NCBI RefSeq assembly: GCF_026571515.1
Contig: NW_026853088.1
Location: 1-64,000, forward strand
Length of the DNA stretch: 64,000 nt
Direction: 5' to 3'
DNA from: Ruditapes philippinarum
Taxonomy: Eukaryota
Under the pieces are notes generated by a model that made no database searches, was not told where the DNA came from, and was given only the letters and a program-made list of their open reading frames with translations. Below, in pieces: positions 13,175 through 26,620 of this stretch. Made by a program: the position numbers and the translations under genes. Every line of letters starts with the position of its first letter. Position 1 is the stretch's first letter.

Positions 13175-13714
13175 CTGAAATAGAAAACAACAAAAACTTT
13201 TTAATACAACAATGTAACTCTAATCTGACATCCCTTTTTGGACTTTTCCCTGTGATTAAACAATAGCAAGATTTGTACTGTAGAATTTCTATGTTACCAA
13301 GGTAAAAATATCTATTCAAAATCCATATCAGCCACAACAAAGCCAAATGTTCTTGTGTCTAAATTTTAAAATTATGGTCACTTTTGGTCACGAAAATAAG
13401 TACTCTGTGTTTCAAAGCATTACTCCGAAAGCCTCATTGGGAAAAACAAAGAAGAAATTCAAAGTACACAATTTGGTCTTAGACTATGAAAAAGTTAGAA
13501 CTTCTTTTTTGTTAGTATACTTCTTGCAGCAAATTCTCTATTTTTCAAGGTATTGACCACCTTACTTTAATGCAATAATTGTAAGGAAAGTTATGAGTAT
13601 GTTAAGCAATAATTATATCAAATATGGGTTAAATCATAATCAATAGTAAGAAAATCAAAACCCACTTACATGCAAAATAACCATTTAATAAAAAAACTTT
13701 AAATGAAATCTTAC

Positions 13715-13944
13715 CATGCCACCTCTGGTAATTTTCTCAGCAAAATTCCTATCAGCCTCGGCAACTTTTGCCCTCGTAGGCGTTACTGTCGTCAAGTGGG
13801 CCTCGGAAACTGTCTGTATCACCTGATCAATCAGCTGTTGTCGCAGTTCAGAGGGCACCTGCTTTACCTCCTCCATTATCCTTTCAATATCAATCTCATT
13901 GGCATTATCATCTGGTTCAGGCAGATGCTCCATCATCATCATAT
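13715..13944 (-). CDS. NR1-family nuclear receptor, coding exon 4 (end of hinge, LBD helix 1)
   Basis: tttcag acceptor, gtaaga donor; (D)MMMMEHLPE...LIDQVIQTVSEAHLTT...RGGM; 230 nt, phases 1/0. VSEAH matches the helix-1 motif of NR1D/F-type LBDs. Confidence 0.9.
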
Positions 13945-13959
13945 CTGAAAACATTTGAA

Positions 13960-14230
13960 ATGACACTGATAAAAGTCAATATTCTTCAAGCATTTGAGTA
14001 ATACTGATGAAAATCTATATTCTTCAAAAAAAAGTCTAAGAGCATTTAGACCACACTGATGAAAATATATATTCTTCAAAAAAAAAATCTATGAGCATTT
14101 GGGTGATACTGATGTAAAATTATTCTTTTTTTTTTTCTTTTTTTTTGTGTGAAAGAATTTAGGTGACATTGACGAAAAATTAATTTCTTCCTGAAAGCAT
14201 TTGGCTGATATATAGAGAGATGAAAAATGA
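13960..14230. repeat. Degenerate tandem repeat of variable unit length (~40-60 bp)
   Basis: About 5 copies of actgatgaaaat(c/a)tatattcttcaa...gcattt. Confidence 0.55.
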
Positions 14231-14778
14231 AATTTAGAATATATAAAAAATCTAATTAACGCTGCTGAACATTTACTTATATAGTTACATTAAAGCAGCT
14301 ATTATAATGTCATTAAGTGAAAAAAATCAATTTAAAATGGCAAGGTTTTTTTTTAACAAATTTCTTCTCTTATTACTTATACTATTCATTCAAAATAGCT
14401 TATATTAAAACAAAAATATTTTTAAATCACTGAATGAGTATCAATAATAAGTATCAATGAAACTCAAGTTTTTTTATATAGGTGCATCAAGCCATATTTA
14501 ATATCATTCAAATACCATAATTCATTGGCTTCAAAATTAAAACAAATTTCATTTATTTCTTTAAAAAATTCTTGAAAGACCCATACACAAGCAATATTGT
14601 TTTCCGCTACAAAATTTACTGTCAGTCACTTTTGCCTTACCGTCGTAAATTAAATGCTTTAAAATCTCTCAAAAGTGCTGTATTGATAGCTTCACCAAAA
14701 CTTTCATAGTTTAGTTAACAAAATTGGGAGATCACTGAACTTGTAAAAAACCCAGTGAAAAAAAAGGAACACACATAC

Positions 14779-15525
14779 CTGGCATGTTTCCACTCATCAT
14801 TCCCGACATCATGCTTCCATCTCCCATCATCTCCATCATGTCCGGCATCATCATCATCATATCTGGCGACAGTTCCGGCATTTGAAATGGTGACGCAGCA
14901 TCAGGCATTGGAGGCATTCCGCCCATCATTGAATTATTTGAATTATCAACAGATGTCATGGTCGAATAATCTCTATTATCAAGTCCAGGTTCAACTTTAA
15001 TGTCTGCTGTCTCCGTCAGTTTGTCTGTAGTGTTTGTACTCGACAATGTGCGATTATTATCAACCGGCGAGGTTTTATCAGAAGTGATATTAAAATTGTC
15101 TAGGTCCTCGATAATTCCAGATTTTGAATCGATACCCAGATGGTTTTTATTCTGATTGTTTTGATCTACTACGTTTGGTGAGTGACTTGCGTTACTCTGA
15201 GGACTGCTCAATGTGCTGGACGTATATCCGGACTCGGTACCGTTTTGTTTTCCAGGTTGAACATTCTTCTTGGCTTTCTGATTGTCATTACTATTATTAT
15301 TACGCTGATGCTCTCTGAAACTGACCTGTGCAGCAGACAGGAACGCTTGCATCAGTTCAGACTTGAAGGTCCCGTTCTGTTGGAGAAGTCTCTGGAGTTC
15401 AGCCATTCTGAGTTTATAAAGTTCTGCAGGTGATGGGTAGGGTGCAATAGGCACGTTGGTCTCACGTTTAGTCTCGCTACCACTCGAGTCTTTTAATCGC
15501 TTTGGTCTTCGGCCTAGCCTGGATG
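14779..15525 (-). CDS. NR1-family nuclear receptor, coding exon 3 (DBD C-terminal extension and long hinge)
   Basis: ttgcag acceptor, gtatgt donor; (A)SRLGRRPKRLKD...MMSGNMP; 747 nt, phases 1/1. Joins GMSRE to give GMSREASRLGRRPKR. Confidence 0.92.
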
Positions 15526-18185
15526 CTGCAAAGAGAAGAAACAAGAAATTTACTTAAGGATTTTTTTTACAATACAATAGAATATAAAATATCCTTCTCG
15601 ATTCTGTGAAATGCATCTTGAAAAAAGATAATTTTCTGGTTAAATATGTATGCATTCATTCCACACAAAACCTAGAAGCAACCAATATTATCCATGCAGA
15701 ATATAAATAGTAAATCTAAATTGTAAATCTCTCCATGAACTGAGAGAAAAGCGAAGTCTGAAAATCAAAATTATTAAATCATGGCTACAGTAACATGTAT
15801 ACAAAAAAATACAATATGAAACCACAACAATAAAAGAAACTTAACAATACTTACAGTTAGGTTTGTAACTAAACAAAACTCAACTTTTCTTTAAAAGAAA
15901 ATAATATTTCTAAATTTTTATTAAGTCCGGAAAGCACAAAACTGATCATGAAGTAACTCACCTCAAAGCAAGTAAAGAATTGGGAAGAGGATGGACCTCA
16001 TGCTCTTATATACCCTTGAAAAACAAAAATTCGATCAACTAACCTAGTTTTTACATGACCATCGTTCATGTACAAAACTGCTATTTTAGCAGTTTTTCCT
16101 TTCTTTAAGCGAGAGGGTAGCCTGGAGGTGTATTGTGTTAACAATACATCAACAAAACGGTCAAACAAACCACTGTTAAGGGCATTTATATAAACATAGA
16201 GGTAAAAATAGGACATAGAAGCGGTCATCTAGTTTTTCCTAGAGTACATTTCAGCTTTTATTATTTACATTTGTATATTTAGCATCACATTGCAAGCAAC
16301 ATCCCCTTTCTTATACAATAGACAGCTCCACCTCGATCAGCTGCTTTAATCTATATATAACAGATACTCTATAGTGGGGAATAACAACCAATGGTTCATC
16401 AGCATTACAGAAATCAGGCAGAATATGCGTGCTCAGTGGAAGAAAAGCTACGATAACTTGATAAACATTTTTTACTTTTTAGTTTAAGTACAATTCCAGA
16501 CAAAGAAATAATCCTGAAACCTTGACTGATATATTTTATTCAATCATTTGGGAAAAGACGGTTGAAAGAAGAAGAAACACTTTTGAAAACATTTCAATCA
16601 GTTTTAAATAAACAACAAGTTAGTCATAACAGAATGACTAATAAAAGCAAGCAACAACAACACCTGTTCATTCATTTCTGCCTTGTAACAAAAATCAAGG
16701 TAATTAAAGATGTACCATTCTTGAATTGCTGACAAAAGCTTGAAGCACACATCATTTCATGTCATTAATTACAATACTTATGTCATCTTAGTGCAGAATG
16801 GGTTAACTCCTTATGTCATTTAATAGGAGTTGACGCCTTACTGCACTAAGGTGACAATATTGTCTTATGTTGATGCCAATCAAATTTAAAATATTGTAGT
16901 ATGTTTATGCCATATGTGTCTAATTGTCTTATGTTTTTGTCATATGTGTCGAAAAATTTAATATATTGTCTTATGTTTAATTTATATAAATAGAAAATAT
17001 TTTCTTAGGTTTATGCCAAATATATCTAACATATAGTCTTAAGTTTATGATAAATATTTCTCAAACATTACCCTATGTTTCTAAATTATTGTCTAGTTTA
17101 TGACATTATTACTTTGTTTTAAGCTTGTGTTACAGCACAGACAAAGACAAAGTCATTAACAAATCAATCTTTTCTTCCTTTTTTGTGTGTGCAAAAGCTT
17201 CACTACTGACTTATAAAAATAGACCTCTATTTTCATTCAGAAAGTGCATATAGTGCATAAAAAGCCTCATTTCTCTTCATTCATAACAAAAAACCCAACG
17301 ATCAGCTGTTCATGATGAAAATTCAGCTGTTTAGGGGTTACTATCTAGAATGTTTTATTCCCCCCATGATATTCATGAGCTGGCCACACGAGAGAATCAT
17401 TTTGTTTTTCAACAAGAAACACTACCTGTACACCAGGTTGCAACACTAGAAGGGCAAGGTGTTTCAAATAGCCAGATTTAATATACAACATTATAAACCA
17501 TGCGAAAACAACATGATTGTTCAGACTTCAGCATCTATAAGTATAGTGGGTGTATTTCTAGGACTCATAAGTGACTGAACTTTTGAGCTAAACAATTTTT
17601 AGGAAGTTACCTAGCTCAGCAAAAAATGTCTGGGGAGATTAATAACCTTTGGGTTGATTTGTTAGGTTGTTTTTAAAAAAATTGCTGTTAATTTAAATTG
17701 TTTCTTTATTCTAACTCCTGTACTTCTTAGTATTTTCTTAGCCCTTTTGGGGTATTTATAAAATGGCTCTTTTTGGTACTTGCAAGCACTTAAATATTTA
17801 GATGAATATATGTTGTATTTCAATTAATTCCATATCATACATATAAGCTTCCTATGTGCATTTTGGTCCAAACTCTTAATAATTAAGTGTTTTACTTAAT
17901 GAATAAGTGAAAAACTTATATAATACAATTGAGAAGGGCATTTTTTTTTTTAATTTTTGTGATTTCATTGGTGGACACTAAATTCGAAAGGTGGTATGCT
18001 TTTAACCCTGCCTTATCTTTGATATCATGTTATTAGTTATGAATTTTTTTTTAATCACCAAAATATATAAAGGCCACCTTTTATGCACCTATGAATCAGA
18101 GCAACCTTGATTATCACAGTTCTTGCAATTATCTAAAGAGAGAGTGAATTATACATTATACCATTATCAGATAATTTCTAAAAGG

Positions 18186-19350
18186 GTGATGCATTTTACA
18201 CTAGGCTGATACATTTTACACTTGCTGATAAATTTAACACTGGGCTGATACATTTTACACTTGCTGATAAATTTAACACTGGGCTGATGCATTTTACACT
18301 TGCTGATAAATTTAACACTGGGCTGATGCATTTTACACTTGCTGATAAATTTAACACTGGGCTGATGCATTTTACAATGGGCCGACAAATTTAACAATAG
18401 CTGAAGCATTTTACACTAGTCTGATGTAAATTTACTAGGCTGATGCATTTAACACTTGGCTGATATATTTAACACTTGGCTAACACATTTTTCACTGGGC
18501 TTTTGCATTTTACACTAGACTGATGCATTTTACACTGGGCTAATGTATGTAATACTGGGCTGACACACTTAACACTGGGCTGACGCATTTCACACTGGGC
18601 TGACGCACATAACACTGGGCTTTACACTGGGCTGACGCATTTTACACTGGGCTGACGCATTTTACACTGGGCTGACGCATTTTACACTGGGCTGACGCAT
18701 TTTACACTGGGCTGACGCATTTACACTGGGCTGATGCATTTTACACTGGGCTGACGCATTTTACACTGGGCTGACACATTTTACACTGGGCTGACGCATT
18801 TTACACTGGGCTGACGCATTTTCACTGGGCTGACGCATTTTACACTGGGCTGACACATTTTCACTGGGCTGACGCATTTTACACTGGGCTGACGCATTTT
18901 ACACTGGGCTGACACATTTTACACTGGGCTGTCGCATTTTACACTGGGCTGACGCCTTTTCACTGGGCTGACACATTTTACACTGGGCTGACGCATTTTA
19001 CACTGGGCTGACACATTTTACACTGGGCCGACGCATTTTACACTGGGCTGACGCATTTTCACTGGGCTGACGCATTTTACACTGGGCTGACGCATTTTCA
19101 CTGGGCTGACACATTTTACACTGGGCTGACGCATTTTACACTGGGCTGACGCATTTTCACTGGGCTGACACATTTTACACTGGGCTGACGCATTTTACAC
19201 TGGGCCGACGCATTTTACACTGGCCCGACGCATTTTACACTAGACTGACACATTTTTAACATTGGGCTGATCCATTTTACACTGGGCTGATGCATTTATA
19301 ACACTAGACTGATGTATTTCACACTAAACTGATGCATTTTACACTATGCA
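18186..19350. repeat. Minisatellite, 19-20-bp unit acactgggctgacgcatttt (~40-bp dimeric unit at left end)
   Basis: Directly visible; homogeneous core ~18625-19255 with degenerate flanks. Confidence 0.97.
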
Positions 19351-21297
19351 GACTTCAAATCAATCAAAAGTGATTAGACTGTGTAACCAGTATAGAGCTG
19401 GTGACAGCCTACTATAAGCTATATACTGTTGAATCCCCCTTAAAATACAATATATATATTGAAATCCCTTATAATCATAATTCACTGTTCCAAATTCAAA
19501 CCTTTGAAAACAAATGTTAAACAGACTCAAACCAGTTTGATTTTTGTTGAAAATACATTTCTATACTAAAGCTCATCAAATTCTTGGTCAGTGCTTTCCA
19601 TATATATAAATCGAAACCAATTAACCAACATACAGAATATTTTAAATCGGTGGATGAATGATATTATATAAAGGTAAAAAGTTCATCATACTGCCGATTT
19701 ATTAAGCATTTTTCATTGGTTGATTTCTAGGTTTCTTATCCAGCTACCTATATTTTCTATGTTTATTCATTTCTCTTGGCCTTTGATATTGTAAATATGA
19801 TTTGGTTACACTAAAAATAACTTTTTTCTTTTACTTTTTAATTCTCTTTACTGTATAATTCATTATTTTTGGTACCAGCAAAATAACAACATGTTGTTTT
19901 ATTCTATACAAAGTTGTTTTTCCTAACATTTTTCTTTGTTTTCTTTTATTTTCTTGTCTTTTATTTTTTGTCTTATTAATTTTGCTAAAATTGGTGAACA
20001 CTTTACTGTATCTTTTGCTCTGTTAAATTTATTAAATTGACATTGAATTTCTTTTCTTTAAAATTTGGTCAATTCAATTAAGTAATATTAGTATTTTTAA
20101 AGTACTTGAAGCCAATAGTACATGTTCAGATTGCACAATTTTTGTGCAACTTATCCGTGTTTTGGATTTGGTGTCTCATCAATTGTTATATGTACATATT
20201 GCAATTTTATCAAAAAAATAATTTTCAGTAAGCCTTTCATTTGCCATAGTTGAATACAGATAAATGTCAACAGCAACATCAAAACATAATTTACGTTTCT
20301 TTTGACCATAATCTAGGTGACAAGTTTGTATATGTACATTGGTCGATAAATAAATAACCTCAATTTGAAATCTAGAATACGTACTCATTTCTACTAAAGT
20401 CAAGTATGACGTACTACAAAGTATGACCCCATTACAGATAATTACCTCTTCAGTTTAAATGGAGAATGTCCACATCATTAAAGCTATATATGGAAATTAA
20501 CAGTTACAGGTATTGGCATGGTCATTGTCCAGTCAGCAGTTAATTGTTTGTGTAGGAGTCAATTTGCAAACAAAAATAGACAACCATAATTTGTCTTTTT
20601 TATTATCCACCTTCATATCCAAGTAATCTTGCAGTACACTGGCATAACCCCCCTCCCCACGCACACACACTAGTATACCCCCTCCCCCCCACACACACTG
20701 ACAAAATTAATTGACAAAATTGAAAATTGTCAAATAATTATATCCCAAAACTATAATTACATTGTGATGATGTTTTGTTTTTGTTTTTTGTTTTGTTTTT
20801 AATAATTTTAAAATCAAGCTACAAAAACCCTGAATCGGCAGACAACATTATGGAGGTTGCACTGGTGCTCCCTCCCCCACCCCAGGAGATTGGCAATTGA
20901 ATTGGCAAAATAGTTCACCTTGTTCCCCTTATCAATATAAGTATAGGGCGTATACTTTGATTCAATTCACAGTTGTTATTTCAACAAATTCTTGAACTCC
21001 AATCTACCTTTACATTTATGGCCTTCACCATGTTAAACAGATGAGTGAAACAGCTGATTGGCAAAGTTCAAGGCCCAATAATAAAACTAAAATAACCAGA
21101 AAACATTATTTTTCACTGTATGCACAGGCTTTTATTTATGCAAGGCAAGCAAAAATTCTATTTCCTATATTTTATGTATCATTTAAAAAAGGCCCTGCCC
21201 TATACTGTTAGTTGCTGAACTTTGTATGTTTTACAAACATATTTTATGTCCTCTAAACTTGTGGAATAGTCTTGCCATTATTGCTGCTACAACCCTA

Positions 21298-21497
21298 GTG
21301 GTTAACGCGTCGGACTAGTAATCTAAGGATTGCTGACCGCGTGGGTTCAAACCCTGTCAGGGGCAAGCCGTTGTTTCCTTGAGCAAGAAACTTTACATTC
21401 ATTGCTTAGTACTGGTTGGTTCCAGGAACGGATTCGAGAGTGTTTCAATAAGCTTATAGCTTCCAACACAATCGAACTAAAATAAATTTGTATAAAC
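21298..21497 (+). mobile_element. tRNA-derived CORE-like SINE, slightly 5'-truncated
   Basis: A-box remnant gtggttaa, B-box ggttcaaacc, CORE-like tttccttgagcaagaaactttac. Flanked by 8-bp direct repeat caacccta (21290-21297, 21498-21505). Confidence 0.8.
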
Positions 21498-21505
21498 CAA
21501 CCCTA

Positions 21506-21981
21506 TTAACTTCCTTAATTTCTAAAATGGACTTGTCTTGCTTCCATTTTAGGATGTACCATTATCATCTTTGGGGATATCAAGATGACAATTTAGAATT
21601 GGTTGGCTAACAGAATAGAGTCTGGTCAGACTTCACCTTTAAGCAAGCAGTTTGTCCTTTTGTTTGTTTGTTTTGGGTTTTACGTCACATCGACACAGTA
21701 TAGGTCATATCGCGACGTTCCAGCTTTACTGGTGGAGGAAGACCTCAGGTGCCCTTCCGTGCATTATTTCAGGCACGAACGGGCACCTGAGTAGAACCAC
21801 CGACGTTCCGTAAGCTCGCTGGATAGCTTCCTCACGTGAAAGAATCCAAAGTCCCTGTCGGGATTCGAACCCACAGCGGTGAGGGGCAAGTGATTTGAAG
21901 TCAACGACCTTAACCACTCGGCCACGGACGCCCCCAGTTTGTCCTGGCTCTATTATACATATGATTACATACTAAGGTTAA
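21506..21981 (+). mobile_element. Decayed TTAA-ended MITE interrupted by a SINE
   Basis: Similar to the family at 41835 (minus) and 25664; resumes after the SINE TSD and ends aaggttaa. Confidence 0.55.
21659..21935 (-). mobile_element. Full-length tRNA-derived SINE
   Basis: Minus strand: gggggcgtccgtggccgagtggttaagg (A box), gggttcgaatcccg (B box), body, and (AAAC)n tail. 10-bp TSD agtttgtcct at 21649-21658 and 21936-21945. Confidence 0.92.
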
Positions 21982-22639
21982 TCACTTGTCATTTCCCACA
22001 AGGAACACTTGGCACTTGGTAACACTTGGCAGAACTTTTTTTCCTCCAACAAAGCCTCCACATCACTCACATCTTAAGTTTATATAATGACTTACAAGTT
22101 TTTTGGGAGAATGGCCCTTTATTTTGTGCTTTCAGGTGAGTCATTTATATTATTTCAAACTGAAAATTCACTATCAAAGAACATCTATGACACACATTAG
22201 ATTAAACTGCCAAACATTTTATGATTTTCTTAGATTCCTGCTCATTCTTAGAAACTTAACAAATGCCCTACTTCCGTTATAAGATCAGCAGCAAGGTAAA
22301 AAATCAACCTCAACCCAATTGCTTAGCTGACATCATAAAATCAGCTAAATGCCATTTAAAAAACAGCTGATTCTAGCTAAGTTCGCAAAGTTCCTGAAGT
22401 ACGAGACCAGAATAGACAGATAAGTCCCAGAAATTAGAGGCATGTGTTCCTTATAATAATAAACAGTAGGCATCATCTACCATAATGGTTCTGATTATTG
22501 TCATACATCAGGGTGTAGGATGTGGTAGTTACTTGGTTCTTGTGATGAACTGCAATAGGATACAGTTTTTATGCAAAACATTTTTTTGACTTATGTATAC
22601 TATTGCAAAACACTCACTGATTTTGTATCAATATGGCAG

Positions 22640-23265
22640 AACAGTTTCTGATTAAGACTTTGAATCTTTAATTGCAATACAATATATTGACCTGGTATGG
22701 GTTTTTGCTTTTTAATTGCAATGCAAACATTGTCTGATTAAGCTTTTGAATCTTGCAATAAATATGATCAATTGTTTGATTAAGATTTTGGTTGAAAATT
22801 TGTTATATGTAAAGGCTTTGGCCTTAGTATTGCAACATAACAATTTCTGATTTAAAAAGCTTTGGCCTTTGTATTGCAATGTAACATGTTTTATGATGAT
22901 ATTAGTTTTTGTTTTATAATTGCAATGTAATTGTTAAACATTTTTTATGATTAAGGCTTTAGCCTTCATTTAATTTGCAATGTTATACAGGCTTTGGCTT
23001 TTGATATATAAATGAAATGTAACATATATTCTTATCAAGGCTTTGGCCTTTGTATTGCAATATAACATAAATTATCTTATAATAAAGATTGGCCTTTGTA
23101 TTGATTGCAAGTATAATATAAATTATTTCATAATAAAGATTTTGGCCTCTTTAATGCAATGTAACATATTTTTCAGATTAAGGCTTTGGCCTTGCAATGT
23201 AACAAATTTCATGAAAAAAGCTTCAGCAAGGCTTTAGCTCTTGTAGTATTGCATTTGCAACACAT
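22640..23265. repeat. Old degenerate ~50-bp tandem repeat
   Basis: Recurrent aaggctttggcctttgtattgcaatgtaaca motifs. Confidence 0.65.
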
Positions 23266-24169
23266 TTTTTTCAAAACAGTGGGTTTTATTCAATACCGGT
23301 ATATTTAACTGGAACAATATGGTATTTATTGAACATCCAGAGAAAAGTTTATCTTATAATCCCCATGCTCAGAAAATATAATCTCTTAGAAACTTATGGT
23401 TACACCCTTTGCCAGTCAGACTAATCACCTTGAACTGAGTTTCGGTTTCTACCTACGTCATGACCTAAAAACATTTATGTCCATTAACAATATCAACTTT
23501 TGATAAATGAAGTAGGAGAATTAAGTTTTTTTTTTTCTATTTTCCCCCCAACATCCATCCATGCAGTTGAGGAGTGTTAAAAATGGAAGCTTCCATGTTA
23601 ATAAAAGTTTTATCTTGGTTATACAGAAATTGGAGTTTAAATTTTATAATAATATGTGTTATATATATGACTTTGTAAAATAGCTGTAAAATCTATGATT
23701 TTGTAGTAATAATAAAAACTTGGGGAAAAAACCTACTTATCATTAATGGAATAAATAATGATTCTTGTCCAGTTTTAAAGTTTTTCAATTTTGAACAGCA
23801 TACTAAATGTTAGATTAAAGGATTTCAAAATCGAAGAACTTAAATGCAAGAGAAGTTGAGTCTTGTCGAACAGACTTTGATCTGGCCCTGACACACAAGT
23901 TATAAAGGCAGACAATTTCATTTTAGTCGGTTAGCAAGGTTTTTCAATTTTATTTATTTATTTATTTTATTTTTTTTTTTTTAAAATACAATCCTATGTA
24001 CAGCTGGAGGGAGGCAGAAATGTAGCATTATTTACTTATTTTACTTCAATAGTGCAAAGACTGAGAGAAAGTACGAAATAATTGCACTTTTACTACAAAC
24101 ATAAGAACATAATAACATGTTTTGTAAATAATTAACTGCACGAATCTGAGATGGGAGAGGCAATCGCAT

Positions 24170-24330
24170 TTTCTAAATATTGACAGTCAGTTTTATGTAA
24201 TCAATATTTTAAACATTGACAGTAAATTTTATGTAATTAATATTCTAATAAATATTGACAGTAAATTTTATGTAATTAATATTCTAATAAATATTGACAG
24301 TATATTTTATGTAATCAATATTCTAAATAC
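24170..24330. repeat. ~35-39-bp tandem repeat, ~4 copies
   Basis: atattgacagtaaattttatgtaattaatattctaataa repeated. Confidence 0.85.
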
Positions 24331-25663
24331 ATGTATTGAAAGTTGTGATTTTTTTCATTTATTTCAATGCCAGTAAAGCCATATTGATTAATGGCCTTGT
24401 CCATTTTTAAGTTTATCTCTACAAAATAATGTTCATAACTTTAATCACTTTATAATGAATTTTCTTCAAATTAAACTTTGCACAAATACCTTTGCTTTTA
24501 GTGACATACCTTATTTCGAGTCAAAACATTTTACCTATCTTACCTATATTAAATTACTACATTAAACTTTCTAATTACCCCTGGACAAATGATGTTCAAT
24601 GCCTAACCTACCATGGCCTTTATGCTACCTTTCAACAATAACATTTGATCATCATGGTATGTATTTATTAACCTTGGGATTTCATTTTGGCCACCCGACC
24701 TCCAATCTATAATAACAGGCCTAGTTTTTGACCAGAGAAACTTGCAAAACATTCTCTCTTGCAAAACATTCTCTCGCACTAAATGACCAACAGTGTCCAG
24801 CAATCTGGACATTATCCAAAAAACTGGAGATTTCTATAATTCATGAAATACCCTACTGACCACTTTAATACCCGATTTCTTTCCTTTAATCCAGTTTTGA
24901 CCCTGTCCTTAAAACTGTAGTATTAGGATTTTGCATTTTCTTTTCCAGCAATCTTGTTAAGTGGTGATCATGTAAGAATAGAATTTTTCATGAGAATTGC
25001 TTAGTTAATCTGCTTAAGTAGCTGTAGTCATGATTTTGACATTAATTTGATTCAACTGTTTATATGATATCAAGAGAGTCATAATTCAGTTCACTGTGTC
25101 AATGCTATACAGGATTATTAATGGTGATTCTGTTTATAATTTCACCTTTCTTAATGCAAAAAAAGCCCCTAATAGGTGAACTGTCCATAATCTGTGTCTA
25201 TAGAACTTATTTTTGATTGGATGCCAATTTCTAATCTCAAAGAATTCATATAAGTGAAGAAAAAACCCACATTCTTATTTAGGAAACTTATTAATGTCAG
25301 AAAGATATGTTATCAGTTCCAGAGAGCTGGTTCCCCGTCTAGAAAAGGATTCTTCTCCTGGTTCCCTGTAGAATTATGGTTAATAAGAACTTGCAGTGTC
25401 TAATAGTACATAATATTACAGCAGTGATGTACCATTTACAAAGCAAGCACTTTACATGACAATAAGTTTTTAATCCTAAAAATAACCTAGTCTGCATTTA
25501 AAACAGTGTTTATCATCATAGCAACAATCCTGAATGCATTGTATCATTTTCAAATACTGATATGCATAATAAAGTCAAAGAATTGTCTAATAAAAGAGAA
25601 GAAGTAATATTTGATGGGAAAACCCATATTGTTGGATTATGGTAACTAAAACTGTAGTGAAAT

Positions 25664-25893
25664 TAACCCAATGACCTTGCCATCTTATTTAACCTCCAGA
25701 ACTTCTTTAATGGGCGTGTCTACCTTCCATTTTAGGATTTTAAAGGGATATCAAAATGAAATTTTAAAGTTCACAAGCCAAATGCATAGAGCCTGGTCAG
25801 ATTGCATGGATGTGCAGGCAGTGGTGGACTGGCTTTATACTGGTGTCGCTGCCTGAAAACACTTTCTGTTCTAACACAATTATGCCTGGGTTA
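25664..25893 (+). mobile_element. TTAA-ended MITE family copy (further decayed copies ~29550-29755, ~31162-31340, ~54728-54950)
   Basis: ttaaccc...catagagcctggtcagattgcatggatgtgcaggc...tggctttatactgg...gggttaa. Confidence 0.65.
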
Positions 25894-26520
25894 AGAAATA
25901 TTTATGTCCTCAGTAGTATAACAGTATGCATGTTGAATTTTTGAATAAAGGGAGACTAGCACATTATAATTTGAGTCTATAGTCTGTCAGGGGTTACCTT
26001 CCTTTATACAAGGGAAGTAACTTCAATTGCCCTACAGTTTTGTTTCCCTGGAGGAGTTATATCTCTTACTGACTTGAAATGTTTGAAGATTTTTTTTTAA
26101 TCATCAATTTTTTTATCATCAATTCTCAAAAAAAATCATAGAACAAAAATACTGAATTCTTTCCACTATAATTGAAAGAAAAAATAATTTATAGAATAGA
26201 CTGACTACAAGGAAAACACAATATATTTATCTTATCTTGATAATAATCTTATTTGTAAAAATCTAACTCACTCTGAAAAACTGTAACACAAATCAGATAA
26301 TCAATCAGAAAAGTGCCAACTGGGGATTTATCACACACCCATGCCGATTTTGCGACTCCATAAAAATGGTCTAGCACAGCCATGCATATATTTTGACTTG
26401 ACATCATTTGCGTTCTACAAACATAGCATAAAAACGCCCTAATTGTTAGTGTTGCACTACAGGCGTGTCAATGAAAAATGTTTCTTTTTCATTTTAAACA
26501 GTCTTTATTTTAGGTATGTG

Positions 26521-26620
26521 ATAAATAGAATATTATATTCATGTAGGTTCATTACTAAATTTATTGAACTCGTTCAATAAATTCAGTATAGAATCTACAC
26601 TCATTTAATATGCCTATATA
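26521..26620. mobile_element. Short hairpin/fold-back element
   Basis: gtaggttc..tactaaatttattgaac-tc-gttcaataaattcagta..gaatctac, an imperfect palindrome of about 100 bp. Confidence 0.6.

Noticed and set aside
13703-15433. Plus-strand ORFs 13703-13948, 14755-15000, 15124-15318 and 15182-15433
   Set aside because: Antisense shadows of the receptor exons.
18167-18409. 80-aa repetitive ORF (KCKMHQPSVKFIS)n
   Set aside because: Translation of the dimeric part of the 20-bp minisatellite.
21850-21935. tRNA gene (also 21298-21365, ~43080-43163, ~5120-5180)
   Set aside because: A/B boxes run into SINE bodies with tails and TSDs, or are too decayed. These are SINE heads, not tRNAs.
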